Source: Ruditapes philippinarum (lineage: Eukaryota). Taken from it: 64,000 nucleotides of DNA. Positions within the stretch are counted from its first letter, which is position 1; every line of letters starts with the position of its first letter. The position numbers and the translations under genes are program-made. Location of the stretch: NCBI RefSeq assembly GCF_026571515.1, contig NW_026861328.1, positions 248,001 through 312,000 on the forward strand, read 5' to 3'. Positions 40,925-55,309 of the stretch are shown here, in pieces. The notes below the pieces were generated by a model. It was given only the letters and a program-made list of their open reading frames with translations. It did no database searches and was not told where the DNA came from.

Positions 40925-41184
40925 TAACAAGAATAAAGATCAACAAGACAAAGGCAACGTTCACAGGACGCCGCCCCCGGACACACCCAAGCAGGACACC
41001 CAGAAGGCACCAAACAAGTACCTGGAGTGGACACAAGGGCGAAAGGAGCGGGACATGTAATGTGAAATAATATAAACAAAAACAGGCCCATAAGGGAATT
41101 AAAGGGAAAAGGGCTGTACGGGTGAAAAGGTGGGGGGGGGGGGTTAAAAATGGAAGGGGTGGGAAAGAGAAAATATAAAATATA
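40925..41184 (-). mobile_element. Family Y short interspersed element, B-specific insertion
   Basis: Absent in A (~184) and C (~63003). It is GC-richer, and on the - strand it ends gcctttgtcttgttgatctttatt. Related + strand copies lie at ~17470-17625, ~20885-21020, ~24860-25015, ~28295-28425, ~32360-32500, ~55800-55900 and ~58812-58940. Confidence 0.6.
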
Positions 41185-44100
41185 AATCACATTTCATAAT
41201 TAAATGGAATTTACACTCTGACATAGGTAGATAAAACTAGGTAAACTTTTTTTCTATACTGAGATAGTAAATTAAAACTTGCATTATCTCTGGCTATAGT
41301 GAGGTTAGATATGTAATAAGGGGAGTATTATAATTATAATATCTTTTACCATTAGCAGGTTATAAGAAAATCTTAAATGGTTAACTACAGAAAATAAATA
41401 ATTCGTTTATGATAATTACGTACCAGAAAAAGAAATTTAGCCAATGCATCTGGAAAATTACATAGACTATATAAATACTTCAGTCACGATTACTACTTTG
41501 CATACGAAATTTTCATTTGCCTAGCTTGACAAATGTGCCTCATTGCTTTCGTTGCATGTTTGCTTAGAGTGCAGTCATTTGTGAGACAAATGTGTAGCTT
41601 AATTCTATATCATATGCCTAGTGATTAGATTTCTCTCACGTAGAACTTAAAAAAGAGACTATTCTGGAAATTTTTTCTGTCGTATATAAAAAATCAATAA
41701 TGATCATATAAGATGAAAATATACCCCTAACATGTTTGAGATAACTTGTGTAACATAATTATATTAGAGAACCTAAGATAATATTCCATATCACTTTTCT
41801 TTAGAGCGAACTTAATAATCCCAAAAGAACTTCCCAAAACGGCAAAATTAAAAGTGTTACAGGCTCTGCTTCATTGAGCCTGCTTTTAATAACGGTGCTG
41901 GAAGTGCAAGTTACTGTTCACGCCCCTAATACCGACTTAAGCAGAACTCCGCATTGACCATGAAATGGTAGAATTTCTATTTCAGAAAATACTATTGATT
42001 AGTTCCTATATGATTTGTTTAGTAAGCTAATGACAATTATGGTAAACGATCTTTTTACCTGAAATTGTCTTTAACTTAAATTAACATTTTTAGTTTAATG
42101 TTCAAACAACGATTATCAACAAGCAGACTGACCACTTGGTTTCGAAGGATCAGCCTTTTTTACCTTACAAAAAAACAAGAGTATATTTTGTTTACAAAAT
42201 CTAGACCTTAAAGTAACTATTTTACACTAACAGCAGTCGTAACATAACTTTTCGGTATTTAACGAGTGTGCATAAAATTAATAGTATCTGAAGTGCCTAA
42301 TTATTAAACAAACGGCTAACTATATAATATTATTTTATATTTCTGCTTGCTATTGGTACAAACTTTGTATCCAGTGCTGTCTAAAGTGATAATTTACTTC
42401 AATGAAATTAGTGTATCTTTTAACAACAAAATGTCAAAAGTCACGTCTGACGATGATGTTCACAATAAAAATCAACTAAAAACGGAATAAAATTGTAATG
42501 AAGTAAACAGCTATTTACGATAATAATAATTTACTTGCCCACATTATATACAATAATTCACATGTGTTCGTATCTAGTTTATTGCAAAAGATCAAAGAAA
42601 AGTCTAAATCAAATTCCCCATCTAAATGTATAAGGCATGTTTCACTGTTGATGTTTCAGTTTAATGTGACAATTTTGATGTAGATAAAACAACATAAATA
42701 AGGACTTATCTTATAAACTAATAACCTGAAACAATAAAATTTTGATCAATAGAAATTATGTTTCAGGATTTAAAATTGATAAATATGCTTGGGTAGGGTT
42801 TAAAACTTGAAGCCAGTTTATGATATCCGCATGTTCAAAGTTACAAAAGTCTGAAATTTCTTAAACAGTTGTTTATTTTTAGAGACCTATATATGGCAGC
42901 AAGTTATATAACTTTTTAAACTGCCAAAGAACCTGTTTATGTTTATTGCCACTTCCAACCTTTATGATTGATATTAACTCAAAGTGCTTTACAAGATATA
43001 TTTAAATATTTTAAGAATTCTATAAATTTGATACAATCTAGGCTACATGATTAAAATAAAGCAGCAAATGGAGGTCAATGCCTTGTCAACTAAGTCAGCA
43101 ATGCTGGCAATAAAATAGCTTCAATTAGACACTGATGAAATTGTTTTTCTAGTAAGGATTCAGGTTAATTTATATTGAAACTATTTCAGACAATTGCTAT
43201 TAGTAAGCGTAATGCAATGAGGTAAGTGTTAAAGTAAAACATCACATGTGCCTTTAACATCTAGAAACATTATACGTTTGCAGCCTTTATGCCTTTCATT
43301 AACATTTGTCGAAGTGTGTTTACAATAGCATGCGCTTGAAATTAATCGGATAAATCTGCTTAACAGGACGTTTAATTATTTGTTGTTTTTTTAGATAGGG
43401 TTGACTGAATTGTTTTTATGTAAAAGCGTTAAAGGTATGAAATGTGTGAACATTTGCAGTAAAACGTCGGTGTTTTGTTCTTGTGGATTGTTGTATTGAT
43501 ATTTTATTTGAGGGTAATTGCCGTCACAATGTGGGAAATATAAAACCATTTGTCAACATTTGTCGATTATTTTTTATTCCCATGACAAAATACAGTCAGT
43601 TTACAAAAAAAGTTGAAAAGGTATCCTGCGGGGATAAGTTTTATTAATTTAAAGATATTTCATTTAACTGTTTTCAAAATTGTTTGAAAAGAAAAACACG
43701 TTATATCAAGAATATACAAATGGTGTATCGAAAGGGGAAAGTCTTTAGAGACTGGTGACCGTCGAAGACCGAAGACCGGACAGGGTCGATTAGTAGGATA
43801 CCCGTCTGTACCATCCAGACGTTTGAGATTTCTCTTGCAAAACGTCTTGATGATACAGAGTATTGTAATATTTTCATGTTTACATCTTTTAATTGCACTT
43901 TGATATTATGTCATACCCATTTGAAACAACCATATGTGCATGAAGTATAGATTTTATTAATTTATTTTAAAAAAAAACAATGTTCATTAACCAATCAAGT
44001 ACGTTACACAGATTACGTGCTCCTCCTTATACCGAAAACAGGTCTCGTGCTTCTCCGTGCCTCAAAGATTAATCGCATATCAATACCATGCAGGCTCCAG

Positions 44101-47100
44101 TCCGCAGGAAATAATAAGCAAACTGTTGTTATAATTTCCATCAAGGAGAAAATGTCATATTACTTGATGATGTTTATCTTAAATAGTTAAGAACTTTGAT
44201 TCGTTCTTGTTCTAGACATCGGGGACATTATCTTTTCCTGTTTTATTGTAAGACTCATCATGTGCAGTGAAAACAAATATATTTTGCCTTCGTAAAGATT
44301 TACAAATTTTCTTTTAAAGTCAAAATAAAACATCGATATGTCACTGTAAGATTGATGGGTTCTTATACTTTACGTATTTGAAATGTTATATGCCTGTTGC
44401 AAGTATTTTCTACATTTAAGAACATGTTTTAACTCAAAACTGGTTTTATATCGTACTAACGCCCAGGCTTTGTACGTCTCTTAGTGAACCATTAGTGGCT
44501 GTAAATCAATTCAAATAACATGTCAATCGGGAAATTACTCTTGTTGCGTCTCTATAGACCATGTTGATTTATATATACTATTTGTATCTGGAAACAATAT
44601 CCTGTAATGGATATTTATATTGTATAAAGTATACCCTATATACGCATGATAACAGACGATAGAAAAATAATAAATGTCATTTAAATGTGTTTTCTGTTAC
44701 TTTTTAAGAAGTACATACTTATCTGAATAAAAACAGTATGATATCTACATAATGGCAATCCGTTTTGTTTGTTTGTTTCTTGATTTTGGTTTAAACGCCG
44801 ATTTGGTGACATCTCAGCGGCGGTCAATCAACTCAACTGGCTCTCTTAGATTACTTACCAGCAATACAGAGATATGTCTTTTCTGTCATTCCCTTTGTGT
44901 ATTTTGAACGCAGCTCAGTGTTGATTCAACCAACAGATGGTCGGTCCGAATCATATACGTAATGGCCTCATAATTGTAATTTTTAAAACTAGTTGGTAAA
45001 AAGAAATTATAACAGACCTAAGCAATACCATGACGATAATGTTGTTATATTAAATGTTTAAGAAGTACAATTGAAATATATGATAATGAAGAACGACAAT
45101 CATGTCTTGTGTCTGCCATCATTTCCGTATTAAGATTAATTTGAACAAATAAATAGAAATAATGGGTATTTTTAGGAAAGATAATGATTATAAATGAATA
45201 AACCGTGCATTTCTATTTGACTGTTACGAATATGTAAATAAAATGAACGTTTATGTAAATCACACTACAGACGTAATTTTCTTTGACAAGATAAAAATTG
45301 ATTCAAATTTGAAATCATCCTAAAATGCACTTTCCATTACATTAAATGCTAGATTTTATAGGTTAAACATTATATTAGAGAATTTCCCTTGATCCCTACC
45401 TTCTGTTTGTTGCCCTGCTTGATGCTTTTCGGTTGACCAATGTGATTTAGCTGCGTTCAAAGACTGTCGCTTTCTCTTGGTGAGCTTTCGTTGCATGTTA
45501 AACAGAGTAATAAGTCATTTTTCCTTCGTAATTGTAACTTAACGACTTTACTATGTAATGTTTTAGGGTACTTTGGATAACTTAATGTTTGACTGACAAT
45601 GGAATTGCAATATACCTTAGTCTATTAAGGTTTGTTTCAAACACAATGTTACGTTATTAGAAAACGTTCTAAAAAGAGAAAAAGGAGGGCAATAACCTGT
45701 CGGTTTTACAAACAATGCTGTCAATAACACGATTTTATCACCAGCAGATTAAAGTGTGTGTCTGCATTGAAAGGAATAAAATTATACCGACATTGTTTTC
45801 AGAACAAATTTGAGCGCAGTCATAAGTTAGCTTTATATAAACTGTACATTGAATTTTGTAAGGCTTCCTGTTAATTCTATCATTCTGTACTCATATATAT
45901 TTACATTATCATTACATGGCCAGACATGATACTGAAATATGATTCGTAATAAAATGTTTTATGGGACAAAACTCCATGTTAATTAAAAGTGCTGCAATCT
46001 TGAAGGATTTTTCTTCCTTCACCTTTTATCGTTGATTTTGACTCCTCCAAATTTCACAGCACTACTGAATCTTAAACAACAAGTGACATTAGTGTTCACA
46101 TATTTGTAAAATATACTTGCACAGAGCATTGACTGTTTCAACAAAATTTGTCATGAAAATGGTGTATGGTGTATAATGGTCCTTTAAATAGAAATCACTT
46201 TCTATATATAAATACATATATTAAAAATAAATAGTCTAAACACATATTTGTAATTATTCTGTATAAATGCATTAGGTTACTCAAAAAATCATGTTTTTCG
46301 GGCTTTAAATCATGTTGACAATGAAAACAAAGAGTTATAACGACGTTTTAAAAAGGTATGAATTTAAAACAGAAAGAAATAAAAAAAATTACGAAGTAGA
46401 ATTTGTGAGTGGAAGGGGAATAAAGCAAACGGAAGAAATACACTAAGATTTCACGAAATTTTCTCTGAGTTCATAGGGAAACACAACGATCTATATATAC
46501 AATATATGATATTTAATCCCCAATACATATTTATCGTACAAACATGCCAAACAAATCATGACCTATAATGAAAGTTAAGATAAATGATGGAATTCCTATT
46601 ACAGACCAAATGATATGTCATAGACAGTTATAAGAAGCAGCTGCTCTGTCTGTTGTTTTTTTCCCGAAACGTTCAATGTTTTTTCCCGAAACGTTCAATG
46701 TAAATGTTACACATATATTCAATTAGTTTGCTTCCAACTGTTTCGTCATCCTAAAACTGAACTTCTTTTTATTTGCTCATGTCTTACATTTAACAGAAGA
46801 AAGTAAAAGAAGTGATGTATGCATAACATATACAAGATAAAATGCACATTAACTTGGACATTACATGTGCGGTAGTTATGCTAATATATATAATATTTTA
46901 AGATATGAAATAAATTACAGAACTTGCAGGATTTTCTTATCGTTGATAATATTACAGCGGTGTTCTCTTTTATTGTCTTTCAAATTTGTACGAATCCTTG
47001 AGCAAAAAAATAGGAGGTAGATTACAATTTCATATTGTAATTCTCTCTTTGAATTATTAACAATGATAATAATCAACAATGTGGCAACAAGAAATGTTGA

Positions 47101-47215
47101 AAAGAATATAAAAAGGGGACAACTCGTATATATTTACTTAAATATTTAGTATGGGAAATGTATGTACGCAGTAATGAAAAGTTGCACGTGCTTGATCCTA
47201 TCATTGAAAAATCAT

Positions 47216-48426
47216 AACAAGGTTAGCTTTTAAAAAAGCTAGTAGCGACTCGCTCAGGGCTGTGTTTAAATGTAAAAATGACAGTTCTCTTTGCTGAAGA
47301 GACTTCAGCGAACATCAAAATAAAAGTGACATATAAAGTTATGGGAGCCAGGAATATGAGTATATATGAAGATGCATGTAATCAGAGAGAATAAAGTCAC
47401 TATGTCTATGCACATTTACTATATGGCCTGTTGACCTTGACCAAAAAAATGTTAGATAGGTAGAATTCATAAAGATGTCTCTTTATACGAAGTTAAGTTG
47501 TAATATGTTATTTAGTATTGGAATGAGTTACAGACACAAGTCCTATACAGGAATATATTACTGAAGAACTCTCTTGGGTGTGGTCGAATTTAGATTCATG
47601 GGGCATGATTAACATTTGATTTGTACAAGTTCTCAAGACATTGGTACATATTCATTATTAAAGCTGGAGGCATTGAAGTTTATATCAATAAGACTTAAAC
47701 ACATTTTCCCTAAGCATTTTAATAAAATGAGAAAACAGAATCCCTAAAGAAAGCCCAACACGGCAAAATTGTAAAATGATTGAGCCTGTTCATGGACGGT
47801 ACTGGAAAGTGCAAGTTAACGTCCACGCCCCCTAGCACCGGCTTAAGCAGAATTCAACATTTAAACACAAAAATGGTGAAATTTTTAATTTAGAAACATC
47901 CGCAGATGTGTTCATACGGCGGTCATCATAAAAATTATGTCCACTTCATCTTGGTATGTGAAACATTTTAAACAAATGGATATGATGTAGATACATGAAC
48001 AAAATTTTAAAGTGGTCAACAAGGCAATACCACATACCAAATATTTAAGGTTTGGGCATTAATAAGGTATAAAGGCGTGCGTATGTGTTTCTATATAAGA
48101 CGTGTCCTTGACCTATGTGTAGAACAATATGAACAACTATGAAAGAGGACTCCTGTAGTGTGGTTAATGTGCAGTCTTTGGTTTCATAGATATCATTTAA
48201 AGAGAAACTAAATTACACATTAGGGACAACAGATGAATGGGGATCCCAATTCCTGTTTATGCTCACAAGAGCACAACTAGCACAAAAGGGAATTATATTG
48301 TAAGAGGGCTTGGATTCCAGCCCTGACAGATAAATTTTGTAGAAAGCTGGAAGCCAAGCTTCGATTAAATTTTTGGATGGATTCGGAGTTTTAGGTTGTT
48401 TCTCAGTAAAATCCTAACGTACGGCA
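47216..48426 (-). mobile_element. B-specific insertion, degenerate HINE-like element with a nested X fragment
   Basis: Absent from A (site ~6250). It begins aacaagg-tagctttt-aaaa-aagcta (reverse of a stem-loop plus CTTGTT end) and contains ttgaccttgacc. The right boundary is defined only by comparison with A. Confidence 0.55.
47718..47928 (-). mobile_element. Family X 3' fragment nested in the HINE-like insertion
   Basis: aataaaatgagaaaacagaatccctaaag...cagatgtgttcatacggcgg is the reverse complement of ~11785-11995. Confidence 0.7.
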
Positions 48427-51400
48427 TGATTGACCACAGTTCACAATGATGTACGTTAAACTTGATGTTCATGTAAACATGCTTTTTATCAGTATAAAAT
48501 TGAAATATAATATTGAAATATAACAATTCAGACAGAAATAACTATAATAATATTAATAACGTATCTTTAGAAATAATGTTTTATTTAAAGAATTATTTTG
48601 AAAAATATGTTTATTAAGATTGCATACTGAAAGGTTTCTTTCAATAACACAAAATTAATTCTCGACCTTTATCCCGTCATCGTCGGCCAATAACTGATGC
48701 CACACAAACATGAGACACAATTATTCATATTGAAAAAGGTTGGTGTTCTATAGATACTATTTTTATAGCTTTACATTTATGACTATAGGGAATGTCACCT
48801 TTTAAAGAGTCCAAGTATTTTAAATTTTAAAAATGTATGACAGTTGTTAATAAAAGTTGCTATTTTATTTTGATGAGAGAAAATAAATTAAAAGTCAATT
48901 TTTTTTTAGAAGGTTCAAATTGTAATTATTGTATAGAAGTCCAAAAGTACATCAGTAATGTATATCTACAGTATTATTCTACATGTAAATGTGTTAAGAA
49001 GGTTGCATCCTAAATTCTTTCTTTACTCTGTCTCTTAGAAAGACACAATTATGACACTTGATCCTAGCCATACATCTGTTAGACACGGTGATTTGTACTT
49101 TTGGTCTAATAAAGTAAATGTAAATACCATTTGTAAATTTTTTGGTCTATTTCCAGTTTTAAGTTTTGTGACCTATACAAAAACACAAGATACTTAAAGT
49201 ACATAAAGCTGTACCTCAAGCCTGATTGATCCTGCCCATGGCCGGTACTGGAAAAGTGCAAGATACCTTTCATGCCACTAAATCGACTATATTGTAGGAT
49301 CATAAAAAAATCTTTAAGTTTGCCGGGGAAAAAGGCTCACAATTTGGTATGCACTTTCATAATAGTAAAACAGTACTTTGTTAAGCCCGATTAAAAAAAA
49401 TAAATGACGGCCTAGCTAACGAAAGTTCGGTGGGTACATGTACATTAATTTGCATACTAAGATGCAAAGTAAAGACCTTAACTTAATGTTTGTTTGCAAA
49501 GTAATTCGTTTTTTATTAAGAATATCATGAATAAACGAGTGTTTTGCATAAAAAACTGCTACATTTCTGTAATGCATATGAAGATAGATATCATGTAAGA
49601 ATTTATGATTTTGAAGTTAATCACAAAAAAACTAAGAGACATTTTTGCCCAAGTAGGTTGTTTTGGTAAATTAATGTTTGACACCTACAGGTTACATTAA
49701 TGCGTATTTTTTCTAATGATTGAATAACGTTTGTTTTGTATTTAAACAGTGACACATTTTAAACTTTTATACACTATATATTAATCTCTTTTTCTGTTTA
49801 AGGTGTAAACATAGTAAGCAACCTCATATCACATGATACTAATATTATTTCATTATTTCCTCGATGATGGATAATAATTGTAGTATAATTGTAATATTAT
49901 TTGGACAAAAAGGTGTCATTTAATCATTTTGTCCAGAAACGAAACTTTCAATAATGGACTTATTTTACATATTGATATAATAATGACGAACGTGTTTTAT
50001 AATAACAACTATCAAATGTTACCTAATGTCTGTTGACTTGAAACTACTGTTATTGCGCCGTGAGAAAGTAATTTGTACTTTGGTGAAATACGTTGAAGAT
50101 GATCCGTATTATTGACCTCAGGTTAAACAAGTTGAATGACTCAAAGGTCTTACATATTTTTCTGGTTTTTACGTTCAAAATTTAAACTTGGTGAAAGCTG
50201 ACGGTTCTTTTTAAGATATGTACTGTTCCACTGTACATTGTCTCATTTTATTTCTAATTTAACAACACGTCTTGATTATTCATCGACATAAATTAAGGGA
50301 AATTCAAGGAGAAGAAAATAATGTGGCTAGTATTGCTGTCGGGAAATGAATACTCTTTCAATTTCAGTCCTAAAAAGGAATTCAGTCCTGAAAAGGCGTG
50401 TGCATTGTTCATCTCCCTGAAATATATCTTTCACGCTTTTTTTCTTTTTATATTGACTTTGATTAAAACGATTATACATTACCAGAAATTCTATTTCAAA
50501 CTAAACAGTTTATTAATTTTCTCTTTGATTGAAAAAAAAACACCAACTTTATTTACCTTTTTACAGTGACGATATAAATCCCTAATTGAAATCAATTTTT
50601 CCGAGTATCATGCAAATGTTAACAAATCTTTGGTGATATTTCGATGGTCGATCCACCGAACTAGCCGGCAAGAACCAATGACCAGTAATCCTACTTGATT
50701 TCATTATCCGTGGTGAGAGATGACCGACCAGTAGATTCAATATCCAGGAGCATTTGTGATGGAAAAAAATGACTTGCACGAATATTGAACCAGTGACCCT
50801 TGAGGTCTGTGGGAAGCATTGTATAATACAAATAAGTAGACTGATATTATGTATAACACTAACAACGACCTCGTTGTAAAATCCTGCACATATCAATATA
50901 ACAATCAGTAAAGCGTAGTAACTTCGAACCTTATTTTCTCTCTTTCTGAGAGAAGACAATATTAGCATTTGATCATTTATTATAACGAAGTTCATCTATT
51001 CACAGTAAATTAGTTTGGTATTATAGCGTTACAAAACTCGCGCTTTCGCAGACAGAACAGTTTAAGGACCGGAGATTTACATATTTTGTTTCGTATACCA
51101 GAGTAATGTTTATTTGTAGATTGCGGTATAATATAAGACTTGATGATACATTAGATAATCGAATATCAGATTGATGTCATTGCATAGTATTAATTTACTA
51201 ATTGTGTAATAATGTTATACAGTTTATATACTTCTTTGAGATTGTTCAATTCATGTTTATTTCACTTCTTTACAAATTCATTTTTTTAGTATTAATAAAG
51301 AGAAGTTATTAAATCCTTTTAATTATATTGAAGGTTACGGAAGCGAATAATGACTTAAAATAACATTTCTTATTTCTATTTAAATAAAAACACGTGAAAG

Positions 51401-52324
51401 CCAATACATTACTGTACTTGCCAATGTAAAATGTATCACACAGATAAGAATTGCCTTCATCAAAATTATTTTTAATAAGTTAAATATATTCCTATTAGGA
51501 ATACAAAAACATGACAAACTCATCATTATAAGAGCATTAGCATTTCTTGTCCAACGTCAAAATAAATGAAATTTTATGCTAAACAAAGACTGTATATTTC
51601 CCTTAATGGCGCGGGATTCGCTAATGAAGAAATATCATAATATTCTACGTTTATTCATTGACCACTTGCCATAATGAAGTTATTGTGATATTTATATCTG
51701 GACAGAACATACACTATATCAAGACTTCTAGCTGGCCGCCAATCAGATTGGTTAGGTATTGATTTTTTTTGTATTGTAAAACATTTTTTTTTCTGAAATA
51801 ATCATTAAAAGTCATTATAATCTGGAAGCATGCTTTAAAAAAGTAATGTATATTTAGTATAAGAAAATAATTTCAAAGCAAGAAAACATTTTATAAAAAT
51901 GTACGTATTTTCAGTTAAAAGTTAAAGTATTATAACATTTAATATTGAAACTACCGAAAAAAAAGTGTTAACTTTGAGATCAGATCTATGCAAATGAATG
52001 CAGACTAGATGATAGTGATTAACACTAATTCAAGGAAACTATTTTGAATAGTTTTCACTGAGTCTTGCAACAAAATAAAGCAGTCTTTTTCATAAGATTA
52101 AAAAAACTAAATTATGACATTGCATAATAAGGTTTATGAATAAATACCCTATGATATCTTTACAACTTGTAATATAAAGGGTACATCCATCAAGCTTTTT
52201 AATTTGGATCACGATGCTTGTTTGACATTTCTCGTTACAAGTTGTCATTTCAAAGGCTGATTATTTACATGATTCTGTCTATGACGTCTAATGCTTATAA
52301 TCACGGATGACCTACTATTCTTTC

Positions 52325-52552
52325 TAAAATAGAGAGGAACAGAATCCCTTAAGAAAGTCCAAAACAGCAAAAGTGAAAATGTTGCAGGTTCGGCTTGATT
52401 GCGCCTTTTCATTGACAGTAATGGAAATTACAAGCTACCGTCCACGCCGCCTATCACCGGCTTAAGCAGTATTCAACATTTAAACATGTAATGGTAAAAT
52501 TTTGAATTTGGAAACATCGGCAGATGTGTTCATACAGCGGTGATCATGGAAA
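52325..52552 (-). mobile_element. Family X 3' fragment
   Basis: Reverse-complement match to ~11775-11995, including the structured motif. Confidence 0.68.
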
Positions 52553-54730
52553 TTTCCTCCGTGCCTTTCTGTCAGACATGAGCGGGCAGGCACCTTTATT
52601 TCACAATTTATTTAATATCGTACGGTCATTAATGTTAGCTTGTTTATTTATTGATTTGATTAACATCTTATATTTTTGAAGTTTGAAAAGAAATACAAAA
52701 AATCAACTACTCCAATCTTATATAGTTATATAAAACAGTTATGGTTCCAAATCAGTGATTTTTCGTAATAAGATCAATCAAGCTGTGGAATTATAAGATG
52801 ATATTTCCAAAAAAAATCAAAAGGCAATATCTCTAAGATAAGATAATGCAAGGAGAGTTATAGTATTTAAAAGATGCCCTTTGCCTAAATACCTGTTTTA
52901 TTCAGCGAGAAAATGGAAGAATTAATACAGCTCGCGTAAAACAACAGCAGCTGGTAGGCGTTATGTTAAATACAAAAACAAAGAGTATTAAAAAGGACAA
53001 TTACTAATACAATATTGTAGAGAGAGAAAGTGTGTGTTTTGCTCTTGTGAACCTTATAAAATAAAGCAAAAATTGCAGAGACTAACATTTTACAGTACAG
53101 TGAGAATACTGGAAGCACCTAACTAGAAAAAGGAAAAACAGAAAGAACCAAAGACACATTTATAATGTCGTACTGAACGATCTTCAAGGATCTAAAATAT
53201 CACATCTCTGCATTAATTTATGTGACAACTTTTATGGTCTCCAAACGGGACAAAGAACACTTATATGACTATAAAAAGCTAAGAAAATCAATAGCATCAA
53301 CCGTTACGAAAATTAAATGTTATCTTTCAATCCCATAGCCACTTAAGTATCCCTATGTGAATACGAACGAAATTCTGTACGAAGCAAAGCTACACTTTGC
53401 CGTCCTTGACCGCGGAAAATATATACATTTGCGTATATCTTTATTGAAAGACACTATTCAGTAATATTCAGTAATGCTTTAAATTATCTAGTTAGCATAT
53501 CTGTACGTGTTTATCAAGCTTATCTGATGCCTAACATTGCTTACATTATATGTCTGCATATTGAACAGAACTTAAGCCATTGTATTAGTTTCATCACCCG
53601 GCAACTCGTATGTATCTTGTATGTAGTGTTTTAAACATATAAAAACTTTATACATGCAACCTCAGAAATTTATGCAAGAATTTCTCAGAAAGGTGACAAA
53701 AGGGTGGGCTAGAGTAGTAAAGTGGTCGTGTGATTAAGATTTTGGCCCTGTTTGTTAGGGGGTGCGTTTATTAACTGTCACCTTTCAAGGTACAACACTC
53801 ACTGAATGGTAACTACATACGACTTAAAACAGTAATTTTAAAGCTTAAACCTAATGTTAGTGTTATTTTATGAAAAGTAGCTGTTTTCTTTCTCATCTTG
53901 ATTAATTTCTAGATTAATGTTTTTATAAAAGCAATATAGTAAATATACAAAAGTCAAACAGAATATTTCGCAATTTGTAAATGATATCCATTCCAGAGTC
54001 CATTAGGGAATGAGTATTCAATGAATTTCTGGCGCTGATTTAGAGCAATCATATAGCCATTTCTTAGCCAGTCAGTAATTACATTTATTCTGAGATTATT
54101 TAGTAACGATTCTCTATCAGTGGGTGTTACCACAAACATTTTATGTGACAATGAACACGGAAGTGAAAAGTAACTTACGTATAATTCAAGTATTGGAAAC
54201 GGGAGTTGTGTAAAATATTGAAATATGCCTTATTTTCAAATTTTAAGGACAGTTATCTTTAATACATCTACTTGAAAAAAAATTTAATTTGATGTACATG
54301 AATGTACGAGCGGTGTGCCTCAAGATTCAGGGTAACTATACAAAAAAATTACAAATGTATTTAAAAGTAAAATCTGTTTCTTAAAAATGAAATATTTTGG
54401 TTAATCTGGAGGCCTACAGTTTAAATTGACTTTTGTCATATATAATAACATTTATCATACATGTTTGCCTATATCAGACTGGTGTTTCCGTTAGTTTTTC
54501 CTATGCCGTAAATTTTATCTGGCATTGGGGTGCCAGTTAGGTCGCTTGCTATACAATGGCATACTCAGGATGACGTAATTTTGCCGTAATGAATAAAGCT
54601 GTGATTTTTTTAAGAAAATAGTTATGGGTGTAATGACATTACTTTCAATAGAAAATTGTCTTTTAAAAGGAAACAAAATTAAATATGATTGAATTGGGAG
54701 AATAAGGTTAAGACTTTAAAATATGATGAA

Positions 54731-55309
54731 ATAATATACAAATATGGACTTTTTAGCTGTTGAATATGATGTGATATGTACTGAAAAAATTAATATTGAC
54801 AGAGGCGATAGCCGAGGTCAATATTAATTTTTCAGTACATATCACATCATATTCAACAGCTAAAAAGTACATATATGTTTTATTATATAATTTATAAATA
54901 GCCTTTATATGGCTTATCACATCTGCCATTGCATAATTATGACGGAAATCATTATTTTTCAGCCATAGTTTGGCCCTTTCCATTGGCATGCTGATCCCTA
55001 TTGTACTTAAAAATGAAAAACGGTAACTAATATAGACTAATTTGACTCTTATGTACACCCAGCTCAATGTTTTTTCAGAATAATAACAACAAACTTGGCG
55101 TGACGTCACGTCAAAGTCTTGCTTCTTTTAGGGATTTCCAGAAAATCTATTTTTAGAAGAAAAACCGGTGAATATACTCTGAAATCTATTTTTAGGAAAA
55201 AAAACAGTGAATATACTCTGATATTGACCTGTTATTTTTTACAAGAAGTTGCTTGTTAGCCAATCAGGGAAAGGCATTTCAAAGCTATTTATAGATTATA
55301 TAATAATAT
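54731..55309. mobile_element. Palindromic non-autonomous element, tentatively Crypton-like; B-specific
   Basis: 7 bp direct repeats ataatat at the ends. Near-perfect palindrome with ~58 bp arms (54742-54874) around ggcgatagcc, plus a second IR pair at ~54881-54906 and ~55281-55306. Absent at the paralogous sites ~23640 and ~31185. Confidence 0.6.

Noticed and set aside
50582-50995. 137 aa ORF, the longest in the track
   Set aside because: It overlaps a decayed SINE. The A paralogue (~12515-12930) has indels and no equivalent ORF, and there is no recognisable domain.
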